Source: an uncultured Bacteroidales bacterium (GTDB taxonomy: Bacteria > Bacteroidota > Bacteroidia > Bacteroidales > VadinHA17). From it: DNA of 64,000 nucleotides. Position 1 is the stretch's first letter, and every line of letters starts with the position of its first letter. The position numbers and the translations under genes are program-made. The DNA is taken from contig CAWJQH010000004.1 of the NCBI GenBank assembly GCA_963844935.1, forward strand, positions 733,058-797,057, in the 5' to 3' direction. This document shows positions 53,940-64,000 of the stretch, piece by piece. The notes under the pieces were generated by a model. It worked only from the letters and a program-made list of their open reading frames with translations, made no database searches and was not told where the DNA came from.

Positions 53940-54782
53940 TCAAACATTTACTTTTACGAAGTGCCTCTGAAGGCCCAGGGCTTTCCTGTCAAGTCCGACA
54001 GCCAATCCGAGTGCCTGGGTGACATAGAGTACGGGAATATCAACTTTCATTCCCAGGTAAGAGTTGATTGAACCGCGGCGCATATCGAGATTTGAATGAC
54101 ACATCGGGCATGCGACTATCATCGCCTCCGCTCCGCGGTCTGTTGCGTCACCTATTATTTTACCCGAGAGCCTTCCGACAGAGCCGGTTCTTGAGACAGA
54201 CAATCCTGCTCCGCAGCATTCTGTCTTGAAGGCCCAGTCAATTGGTGTTGCACCTGCCTTGAGCATCAGTTCATCCATTGACTGAGGATCTTCCTCACGG
54301 TCAAATTTCAGGATCTCGTGCGGTCTGACAAGATAACAGCCGTAATAACATGCAACCTTATGGTCAAAGGGCTTTACAATACGTCCCTCCAGGTTGGGAG
54401 TAACATATTTATTGAGCATCTGGATGATATTCAGCACTTCAACAGTCCCGCTGTAATCAAGGCCATTTGCTTCAGTGACAGTATGCCTGAGTTCCGGATT
54501 TTCGGACAATTCATGTTTGGTAACGGTAAGACGGCTGTAACATGCTGCACATGGAACAACTATCTCTTTTAATCCCTGCTTTTCTGCAAGCGAGAAGATC
54601 CTTGCAGGCAATGCCAGCGATAGCTCCTTATTGATGTTATGGGCTGCCGTGGCCCCGCAGCAGTTCCAGTCTTCGATTTCTTCAATATTGATGTCAAAGG
54701 CTCTTGCGACCGCAAGTACCAACTCAGCATATTCACGGGAGGAACCTTTAAGGGAACAACCGGGATAAAATCCGAGAGTCAT
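53940..54782 (-). CDS. hdrB: Heterodisulfide reductase subunit B-like protein
   Basis: YPGCS, two CCG motifs (WNCCG, ECCG), CAAC, CPMC; ATG 54782. Confidence 0.9.
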   Translation of the reverse strand: MTLGFYPGCSLKGSSREYAELVLAVARAFDINIEEIEDWNCCGATAAHNINKELSLALPARIFSLAEKQGLKEIVVPCAACYSRLTVTKHELSENPELRHTVTEANGLDYSGTVEVLNIIQMLNKYVTPNLEGRIVKPFDHKVACYYGCYLVRPHEILKFDREEDPQSMDELMLKAGATPIDWAFKTECCGAGLSVSRTGSVGRLSGKIIGDATDRGAEAMIVACPMCHSNLDMRRGSINSYLGMKVDIPVLYVTQALGLAVGLDRKALGLQRHFVKVNV

Positions 54783-54786
54783 ATAT

Positions 54787-55359
54787 TTAATTTTTATTTT
54801 TCTTAATTGTTTTTTTGAAGATAGAGGCAACTCCTGCACGGTCTTTTATCAGTTCGGGAAATATATTCAGTTTACCGCGTTTGAGCATTTTTGGAGCCAG
54901 TTCCATGTCGTCAAGAATTTTTAAAGTTCTGGTCTTATATCCTGCCAGCAGCCCGATTTCATAAAGCCGTCCGGTATAGCGGATTGTATCAAGGAATGAT
55001 CTGTGAAATGCTATTATTTCTTTTGCCCCGGGATTTGCTTTTTTCTCCCTCATTGATTTTTCCCTCAGAAAATCCATCATTTTGGGAATATCAATGCTCA
55101 TGGGGCACCGTGCGAAACACATTTCACATGTAAGACAAACCCATATTGAGAAAGAGCGTAAGACTTTCTCTTCAAGTTCAGGATTACCTGTTTGAAGCAT
55201 CCTCATTATTACGCTTGGCGGATAATCCATCTCAACCGAAAGGGGACATCCTGCAGAACATTTCCCGCACTGGTAGCAATGGCTCACCTTGACTTCCGTA
55301 TGCTCAAGGATACTGCCGCCAAGACCTGAGGGTGCCGAATGACTGTTTTCGCCGCTCAT
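54787..55359 (-). CDS. hdrC: Heterodisulfide reductase subunit C-like protein
   Basis: CYQCGKCSAGCP and WVCLTCEMCFARCP. Confidence 0.88.
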   Translation of the reverse strand: MSGENSHSAPSGLGGSILEHTEVKVSHCYQCGKCSAGCPLSVEMDYPPSVIMRMLQTGNPELEEKVLRSFSIWVCLTCEMCFARCPMSIDIPKMMDFLREKSMREKKANPGAKEIIAFHRSFLDTIRYTGRLYEIGLLAGYKTRTLKILDDMELAPKMLKRGKLNIFPELIKDRAGVASIFKKTIKKNKN

Positions 55360-55661
55360 GTTGTCGTTCTTGATTCTGATTACTTAAGGCTGTGAAATAA
55401 TTAACAGATAAAAATAGCTATTTATAAAGTCCGGCGACATGAAAAAAATCATTTTGTTATGTTTTGTAAGTGATCAGAAGCGTAGCCTGAGAAGAAACCG
55501 AGGATAAGCACTTAAACATTTTAAACACAATTAATAAGCTGCGCAACAACCCTTATTATTTGTTTGCCTGCTCTAAAAAAAATGCATAAAATAGTTATAC
55601 TTTTGTCCTGATATATATCATTCCTGAAGAAAGAACGGACATTTCTGATACCTTGAATCTG

Positions 55662-56936
55662 ATGATTAATATTCCTTCAACGAACAAGAAAAGGATTGTT
55701 ATTGTCGGTTGCGGATTTGGCGGTCTGACATTGGCAAAAAAGCTGCGGAAAGCCAATTACCAGGTGGTTATTATTGACAAACATAACTACCACCAATTCC
55801 AGCCATTGTTTTACCAGATTGCATCAGCCGGTCTGGACGCAAGCTCAATTACATTTCCAATTCGTAAAGTATTTCAGGAGTACAATGATTTCTACATCCG
55901 CAAGGCTGAAGTAAAGGAAGTTAATGTATCAGATAATGAGCTCAATACGTCTTTAGGTACAATAAGATACGATTATCTTGTGCTTGCGCACGGCGCGACA
56001 AATTCGTTTTTCGGATCGGATAAAATGCAGCGGTACTCAAAAGGAATGAAATCGATAGCTGAGGCTCTTGACCTGAGAAACTCCCTTCTGATGAATTTTG
56101 AAAATGCTGTCGCAACAACGGATATGGAAGAGCAGGAGCGGCTGCTCAATATTGTAATTATTGGAGGCGGTCCGTCGGGTGTAGAGATTGCCGGAGCTCT
56201 TGCCGAGATGAATAAGTTCGTTATTCATAAAGACTATCCCGAACTGAAAGACAAAGCAGTAAACATTTATCTGATAGAAGGAACTGACAGGCTTCTTAAT
56301 GCAATGTCACTTAAATCATCAGAAAAAGCCAGGCAATTTCTTGAGAAGGTAGGTGTCAGGGTAATGACAGGGACACTTGCAACTGATTGTGACGATAAGA
56401 GTGTTACAACGAGCACGGGTGAAGTTATCAAAACAGGACTAATTCTGTGGACTGCAGGTATTGCAGGGAACAAATTAAAGGGTTTCACACAGGAGAACTA
56501 TGGCAGGGGCGGCCGTATGTATGTTGACAGGTTCAGCAGAGTAAAGGGTTATGACAATATATTTGCCCTGGGGGATATTTCATTGATGACAGAGGGAAAA
56601 TACACTTCGGGTCATCCTCAGGTAGCGCAGGTTGCAATACAACAGGCTAAATTACTTTCTGAGAACCTTAAGAATTTATCAAACGGCAAACCTCTCAGGG
56701 AATTCTCATATAAGGATCTTGGAACAATGGCGACTGTCGGAAAAAATCTTGCCGTTGTCGAACTGCCCCATTTCTGTTTCCAGGGTGCATTTGCCTGGTT
56801 TGTATGGTTGTTTATTCACCTGATGAGCATTATCGGCGTAAGAAACAAACTGATGATATTTATCAACTGGGCCTGGAAATATTTTACTTACGATCAGTCT
56901 CTCAGATTGATTCTCAGGCCAAAGAATTGTGCCTAG
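55662..56936 (+). CDS. ndh: Type II NADH dehydrogenase
   Basis: GCGFGG, FQPLFYQ, GGGPSGVE, AQVAIQQ, YKDLGTMAT. Confidence 0.88.
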   Translation: MINIPSTNKKRIVIVGCGFGGLTLAKKLRKANYQVVIIDKHNYHQFQPLFYQIASAGLDASSITFPIRKVFQEYNDFYIRKAEVKEVNVSDNELNTSLGTIRYDYLVLAHGATNSFFGSDKMQRYSKGMKSIAEALDLRNSLLMNFENAVATTDMEEQERLLNIVIIGGGPSGVEIAGALAEMNKFVIHKDYPELKDKAVNIYLIEGTDRLLNAMSLKSSEKARQFLEKVGVRVMTGTLATDCDDKSVTTSTGEVIKTGLILWTAGIAGNKLKGFTQENYGRGGRMYVDRFSRVKGYDNIFALGDISLMTEGKYTSGHPQVAQVAIQQAKLLSENLKNLSNGKPLREFSYKDLGTMATVGKNLAVVELPHFCFQGAFAWFVWLFIHLMSIIGVRNKLMIFINWAWKYFTYDQSLRLILRPKNCA

Positions 56937-56950
56937 GTGTAGATTATTAT

Positions 56951-57985
56951 TTATTCTATACCAGAATAAAGCTTCATGAACTGAACCCGTTCAATTGCAG
57001 CCGGATTTTCAAGATTTGCCTGGCTTAGCTTACCCCGGAAAGAGTCGACTGTTTCAAATTTGTGTTTTCGCATCCATTCGGCTGTATTCTTCAGTATCTC
57101 AGGAATAGCATCAAAGCCTTCCTTATAAAGGGCTGAAGCAATCTGAACAGTGGTTGCACCAGCCAGAAGCTGTTTGACAAATGCTTTATGGTCGTGAACT
57201 CCGGTGGAAGCAGAAAGGTCACATTTTACATGCCCTGACAGTATTGAGATCCACCGAAGGGTATGATTATACTCTTCATTTGAGCTCAGGATTGGTCCGT
57301 GGCTAACATCGATTTTTTCGATATCAAAGTCGGTATTATAGGGTCTGTTGAAAAGAACGAGGCCCTTTATGCCGGTTTCAGACAGTTTCTGAACCGACTG
57401 TGCCAGGGACGAAAAATAATACCCGATTTTTACTGCAACAGGTATATTGACGTAGTTCCTTACTTCCCTGATAATATCAAAATAGATTCTTTCATTGTCT
57501 TCTCCGCTTCGTCTCCTGTCCGATGGCAGTATATAAATGTTCAGTTCCAGGGCATCGGCATTTGTTTCCTGTACTTTTTTAGCAAATGAATGCCAGTTAA
57601 GGTTTGAAACGCAGTTTATGCTGGCAATGACGGGAATGTCAACGGACTCTTTAGCTTCCCGGAGAAATCCAAGGTATTTATTCAGCGTGTTTGTTTTCGC
57701 AAAATCAAAGATGTAGGAGTATGCTTCATCATAATCATAAATTCTTTTTCCGAACAGTGTGCCGGGAGCCTGTGTAAATGTTTTTACATCACCTTCTTCC
57801 GACTTAATAACGTTATGAGTTTCAACATGGATCTGCTCTTCAAAAAGGGATTTAACAACTATAGCCCCGACACCTTTTGCAGCCAATTCTTTAATGTTTG
57901 AGATTGAATTTGTCAATCCGCAGCTTCCTGCGATAAGTGGATTTCTGAGCTTTAATCCGAGATAATTGGTTTGAAGGGATTCCAT
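56951..57985 (-). CDS. Dihydroorotate dehydrogenase-like flavoprotein
   Basis: YLGLKLRNPLIAGS, KSLFEEQI, DALELNIY, VLFNR, ERVQFMK; ATG 57985. Confidence 0.8.
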   Translation of the reverse strand: MESLQTNYLGLKLRNPLIAGSCGLTNSISNIKELAAKGVGAIVVKSLFEEQIHVETHNVIKSEEGDVKTFTQAPGTLFGKRIYDYDEAYSYIFDFAKTNTLNKYLGFLREAKESVDIPVIASINCVSNLNWHSFAKKVQETNADALELNIYILPSDRRRSGEDNERIYFDIIREVRNYVNIPVAVKIGYYFSSLAQSVQKLSETGIKGLVLFNRPYNTDFDIEKIDVSHGPILSSNEEYNHTLRWISILSGHVKCDLSASTGVHDHKAFVKQLLAGATTVQIASALYKEGFDAIPEILKNTAEWMRKHKFETVDSFRGKLSQANLENPAAIERVQFMKLYSGIE

Positions 57986-58050
57986 TGTCTTATCACTATT
58001 AATATTAAGTATCAGAAGTAAAGTTAGCAATTAAGATAATATGTAATTGG

Positions 58051-58475
<425 letters not shown>

Positions 58476-58507
58476 GGAAAAACGGCGCAATTTACAAAAA
58501 AAATGAT

Positions 58508-58637
58508 GACAGCAGCGGGTTCAGCTCATTTCACCAAAGAGGGATTTCGACAACAGCGGGATCAGCTCATTTCACCGCTGAGGGATTTCGACAACAGCGG
58601 GATCAGCTCATTTCACCGCTGAGGGATTTCGACAGCA
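58508..58637. repeat. 41-bp tandem repeat, three copies plus a partial
   Basis: Units start at 58508, 58549 and 58590 (GACAACAGCGGGATCAGCTCATTTCACCGCTGAGGGATTTC). Confidence 0.92.
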
Positions 58638-59630
58638 GGGCCTCAATTTTAGTCTTAGTCAAAGAACTGCCTAAAAAATCATCATCTTCGTCACGGCAGC
58701 CTCGGTGGTGATATCACCGCCACTTATGACTCCTGCTGTACGCAGTCCTGCCGAGGTCTCATACAGGCCCATCTCGACACTGCCGGCCTGGCATTGAGTG
58801 ACATTGAGCACAATACCTCCCTCCGCTATGAACGAACGGATCTCCCCGAGAAACCAGTCAAGCGTCGGTGCATTACCGGTTCCGAATGTTTCAAGAATGA
58901 GTCCGTGCAGCCCCTCCGTTCTGAGCAACGACCTGACAACACCCTGCCCGATACCCGGAAAGAGCCTCAATACTGCCACCCCGGTATCAAATCCTGCGGA
59001 CACTTTCAGGGGACGTCTTACCGTTGGATACCTTATCAGGTTGCGGTTATAGCGGATCTGCAGACCTGCCTCTGCCAGCGGCGGCAGATTGGGTGAGGTG
59101 AAAGCATTGAAATGTTCCGCGCTGAACTTGATGGTCCTGTTGCCTCGTAACAGTTTGTTCTCGAAGTAGATACACACCTCAGGCACAAGCGGCAGCCCGT
59201 TCTCGCTGGCAGCGGCAATCTCAATTGCAGTGATCAGATTTTCCTTCCCATCGGTACGCAGAACACCGATCGGCAACTGGGCACCGGTAAAGATGACAGG
59301 TTTCTCGAGTCCCGAGAGCATAAAACTCAACGCAGAGGCTGAATATGACATGGTGTCAGTTCCGTGCAACACCACGAAACCGTCGAAATGATCATATTCT
59401 GCGGAAATTGTGTTTGCAATCCGGATCCATGTATCAGGACTGACATCCGAGGAATCAATCACCGGGTCGAAGGTCACAGTCTCGAGATTGAATCCGAACC
59501 TCTGCAGTTCAGGTACCTGGTCCGAAATGTGTTTGAAGTCGATCGGTACAAGCGTCCCTGTCACCGGGTCGTTGACCATCCCGATGGTACCTCCTGTATA
59601 TATTATTAATATTGAAATGCTCTTTTCCAT
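58603..59630 (-). CDS. ansA: L-asparaginase type I (homopolymer frameshift near 58675)
   Basis: YTGGTIGM and HGTDTM; adding one T to the 6-T run restores ...FLGSS...SLSGEMS* with the stop at 58603. Confidence 0.88.
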
Positions 59631-59633
59631 CCA

Positions 59634-60401
59634 TTAAATTTTAAAGAGTGCTTTTGCATTGGCAGTGGTTTTGTCGGCTACTTCCGCCGGGCTGATGGCC
59701 AGCAACTCAGATAATTTGTCAATCACCAGTGTCAGGCGGCTGCTCTCATTCCTTTTGCCACGGTAGGGTACCGGTGCAAGATACGGTGCATCGGTTTCAA
59801 TTACAATTTTGTTAATACCAGCCTCTATTGCAGCTTCTCCCAGACGGCTGTTCCGGAAGGTGATCACACCGCCTATTCCGATCAGGAAACCCATCGCAAC
59901 AACCTGCCTTGCTTCCTCAGCATTTCCGGGAAATGCATGAAAAACACCTGTCACACGGCCGGGGCCGAAGGACTTTATTTCGCGGATTATAACATCAAGT
60001 GATTCGCGTGCATGAATCACCACAGGCAAGGCGTATTCCTCCGCAAGCTCGAGGTGACGCCTGAATGAGACCAGCTGTTCATTGATGAAGGTCTTGTCCC
60101 AGTAAAGATCGATACCGGTCTCACCAATACCGTAGTACTTATGGTCAGCCAGCCTGGCTTCCACCTCATCAAGCTCCTGCCGGTAATTCTCCCTCACTGA
60201 CGTCGGATGCAGGGCCATCATCGGCAGGCAGACCCCCGGGAAGCTTTTCTCAACAGCAAGCATGGAGGCCACCGAGGATGAATCAATATTGGGCATAAGG
60301 ATGGTCTGTACTCCGGAGCTGAGTGATCTTTTAACCACTTCATCGCGGTCAGCATCAAACTCCGGCAGGTAAATGTGGCAATGAGTATCAATGATCTGCA
60401 T
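59634..60401 (-). CDS. tatD: TatD-family hydrolase
   Basis: IDTHCH, IGETGID, IHAR, ETDAPYLAP. Confidence 0.92.
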   Translation of the reverse strand: MQIIDTHCHIYLPEFDADRDEVVKRSLSSGVQTILMPNIDSSSVASMLAVEKSFPGVCLPMMALHPTSVRENYRQELDEVEARLADHKYYGIGETGIDLYWDKTFINEQLVSFRRHLELAEEYALPVVIHARESLDVIIREIKSFGPGRVTGVFHAFPGNAEEARQVVAMGFLIGIGGVITFRNSRLGEAAIEAGINKIVIETDAPYLAPVPYRGKRNESSRLTLVIDKLSELLAISPAEVADKTTANAKALFKI

Positions 60402-60420
60402 ACTGCAAAATTAGCTTTTT

Positions 60421-60547
60421 TAGGCATTAGGCAGTAGGCATTAGGCAGTAGTGATTTTTACAAATCATCAATCTGCGTTGCAGACTGCCGATTGTGGATT
60501 TCGGACTGCTTTCCCACTATTGCCTACTGCCTATTGCCTCTTGCCTT
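60421..60547. repeat. Inverted arrays of 7-bp repeats (TAGGCAN / NTGCCTN)
   Basis: Four TAGGCA(T/G) units at 60421-60448 and four reverse units at 60520-60547. Confidence 0.75.
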
Positions 60548-60589
60548 ATTTCTTTATACCTTTACTATGTCTCGCAAACATTATTACAT

Positions 60590-61699
60590 ATGTCACAAAC
60601 TTCACTTGTGCACAAGATTGCACTTGGAATGATTCCGGGTGTGGGAGATATCACCGCCCGAAAACTTGTCTCGTATGCAGGCAGCGTGGAGGCAGTATTC
60701 AGTGAACCGTACCGCAACCTGACGAAAATTCCCGGAGTGGGAGAAGCCCTGGCAAAAGCAGTGTCCGGGCGCGATTACCTCGAAGCAGCCGCCAGGGAGG
60801 CTGACTTTGTCGAAAAACATGGAATCAAAGTATTCCACTACCTCGATGAAGATTACCCTTTCCGGCTTCGTCAGTGTGAAGATTCTCCCGTCACTTTTTT
60901 CTTCAGGGGCAATGCCGACCTCAATGCATCACGTATGTTAAGCATCGTTGGTACCCGCAATGCAACACAGCGGGGCCGTGAACTGTGCCAGAAAATTGTT
61001 GCGGGATTATCGGTCCATTTCCCGGAACTGGTCATAATAAGCGGACTGGCTTACGGAGTGGATATCGCCGCGCACAAGGCGGCACTGGCAAACGGCCTGC
61101 CTACTATCGCAGTTCTGGGTCACGGTCTCAAATCGATGTACCCGTCCATTCATGCCGGAGTAGCCGGAACGATGCTTGAGAAAGGAGGTCACCTGACGGA
61201 TTTTTCTTCAGATACCCTTCCCGAAAGGAATAATTTTATCAGGCGAAACAGGATCATCGCAGGTGTCTCTGATGCCACACTGATAATAGAATCCGGAATC
61301 AAGGGAGGTGCCTTGATAACCGCAGATATTGCTTCCTCCTATAACCGGGATGTCATGGCTGTACCAGGCCGTCCCGGTGATGAATGGTCCGCAGGATGCA
61401 ATGCCCTCATAAGGTGCAATAAGGCGGCGCTTGTCGAGAACTGTGAACATATTGAATACCTGCTCGGGTGGAAACCGTCTGCACTGTCGGCTCCGGCTGC
61501 ACAACCGCAACTCTTCCCTGCAATGACAGACAATGAGAAGAAAGTCTATGAAGCCCTGAAGTCAGGCGGTGACCTGACAATGGATACGCTCGCACGGGCG
61601 CTTGAAATACCAGTTTACAGGCTTTCCACAGTGTTGCTGCAGATGGAGCTTGCAGGATTGATCACTCCGTGCCCGGGAAGTGTTTACAGGATCAGATAA
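60590..61699 (+). CDS. dprA: DNA-processing protein DprA
   Basis: SIVGTR, ISGLAYGVD, FIRRNRIIAG, GGALITA; ATG 60590. Confidence 0.93.
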   Translation: MSQTSLVHKIALGMIPGVGDITARKLVSYAGSVEAVFSEPYRNLTKIPGVGEALAKAVSGRDYLEAAAREADFVEKHGIKVFHYLDEDYPFRLRQCEDSPVTFFFRGNADLNASRMLSIVGTRNATQRGRELCQKIVAGLSVHFPELVIISGLAYGVDIAAHKAALANGLPTIAVLGHGLKSMYPSIHAGVAGTMLEKGGHLTDFSSDTLPERNNFIRRNRIIAGVSDATLIIESGIKGGALITADIASSYNRDVMAVPGRPGDEWSAGCNALIRCNKAALVENCEHIEYLLGWKPSALSAPAAQPQLFPAMTDNEKKVYEALKSGGDLTMDTLARALEIPVYRLSTVLLQMELAGLITPCPGSVYRIR

Positions 61700-61705
61700 A
61701 AAAAC

Positions 61706-61740
61706 ACCGTAACCCTCAGACTCAGGCTGAGGGCCACGGT
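61706..61740. terminator. Hairpin between convergent dprA and gdhA
   Basis: ACCGT-AA-CCCTCAG...CTGAGGG-CC-ACGGT preceded by an A run (U tail and G-U pairs on the minus strand). Confidence 0.6.
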
Positions 61741-61761
61741 GCATATCAGTCAGATTGGATA

Positions 61762-63135
<1,374 letters not shown>

Positions 63136-63208
63136 TCAATTCTTTTCCAAAGGTGAGGTAACCTTCAGTCATGAAAAATGACTTTACTCATGTTTTATGA
63201 TTCCGGGA

Positions 63209-63691
63209 TTAACCTGCTGATTTATAGGTTTTAAGAACCTCTTCTATTTTTGCTCTCTGGATGCCTGACAGCGCCGTTATGCTTACAGGACTGTATGCGG
63301 CTTTCTGACCCTGGACCCTTCGATAAAGGATGAGATCCTGATGCATGCCCATCATGCTGGTGATGATCTCGAAGCCGGCAAACTGCAGGGCAGGGATCTC
63401 AATGCTCTTGCTGTCGCCTGGGATAAGGCCTGTCTTGTACCATCTGAGAGTGATACCACGTTCATCAGCAGAGAAATAAATGTATCTGAATTTCATTATA
63501 GCCGGATAGAAGATGAGAAGCAGATAGATCACAGTTAAGGCGGCGGTCATGATATGGACACTGTTCTCGGCCATGACATGCCGGAAGATTTTCGGGAAAT
63601 ATGCCATGAAGACATACAGAACATATACCACTGTTGCTATGAATCCAAGCAGCCTGAAAGCAACAATTTTCTGACCGTTATCGATAGTCAT
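63209..63691 (-). CDS. Hypothetical two-TM membrane protein
   Basis: 160-aa ORF with two hydrophobic helices, filling the gap between tadA and gdhA. Confidence 0.6.
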   Translation of the reverse strand: MTIDNGQKIVAFRLLGFIATVVYVLYVFMAYFPKIFRHVMAENSVHIMTAALTVIYLLLIFYPAIMKFRYIYFSADERGITLRWYKTGLIPGDSKSIEIPALQFAGFEIITSMMGMHQDLILYRRVQGQKAAYSPVSITALSGIQRAKIEEVLKTYKSAG

Positions 63692-63756
63692 AATCTTTTC
63701 ATTTTAAACAAATCTAAGAAATTTCTTTAAAAAAAACTTTCCGGAACTGATTTGGG

Positions 63757-64000
63757 CTAGTCTCGCTTTTTACTGAAGAACTTTTTCATCATCATTGAGC
63801 ACTCCTTTGCCAGTACTCCGCTTCTGACAATTGTCTTCGGGTGGAGGATGTTCACGCCGGTTGTTGTATAACCTTTCTTTTCATCAGATGCTCCGTAAAC
63901 TACCGCCGAAACCTGGCTCCATGCCAGTGCACCGGCGCACATGATACACGGCTCCACGGTAATGTAAATGGTGCAGTCGGTCAGGTATTTTCCCCCGAGA
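63757..64000 (-). CDS. tadA: tRNA adenosine deaminase-like nucleoside deaminase (partial; starts beyond the window)
   Basis: GKYLTDCTIYITVEPCIMCAGA motif. Confidence 0.8.
   Translation of the reverse strand, partial: LGGKYLTDCTIYITVEPCIMCAGALAWSQVSAVVYGASDEKKGYTTTGVNILHPKTIVRSGVLAKECSMMMKKFFSKKRD

Noticed and set aside
58508-58637. Possible CRISPR array
   Set aside because: Units are head-to-tail with no unique spacers, they duplicate the ansA 3' end, and no cas genes are present.

Overview
A 64-kb segment of a Bacteroidota chromosome, most likely an anaerobic Bacteroidales (TAnnTTTG -7 promoters, IPExxxVDY-family gene, T9SS-type C-terminal domain, Hdr-Flx cluster). Backbone genes: TonB-dependent receptor, sigma-54 activator, lptE, secG, groES/groEL, MATE pump, lepA, an RprX/RprY-like two-component pair, rnc, fabF, acpP, purN, M23 peptidase, leuS, tRNA-Arg(CCG), exbB/exbD, tRNA-Ser(GGA), asparaginase, tatD, dprA, gdhA and tadA. 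There are two accessory blocks, partly AT-richer by eye. (i) About 24.0-46.3 kb, after tRNA-Arg: a copper locus with a Cys-PAS histidine kinase, two paralogous OmpR/CusR-like regulators, an OprC-like TonB receptor, a YtkA/FixH-like lipoprotein, a Cys/His-rich upstream ORF ending in PP, a frameshift-riddled T9SS-type multicopper oxidase, two CusB-like adaptors and a split CusA, followed by gltP-like and kup genes. (ii) About 48.8-58.0 kb, after tRNA-Ser: hdrCBA-flxDCBA, NDH-2 and a dihydroorotate-dehydrogenase-like gene. Most striking unexplained signals: two plus-strand intergenic candidate sRNAs flanking the two-component pair (one behind a near-consensus sigma-54 promoter) that are complementary over 24 contiguous nt with only G-U wobbles; four-box operator arrays with an 11-bp period at four copper-locus promoters; a candidate copper-sensing ribosome-stalling leader ORF; and a shared ATGA-N6-TCAT box before hdrC and gdhA. 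Several single-base frameshifts in conserved genes suggest assembly indel errors, so pseudogene calls are tentative. All calls come from reading the sequence; no database searches were run.
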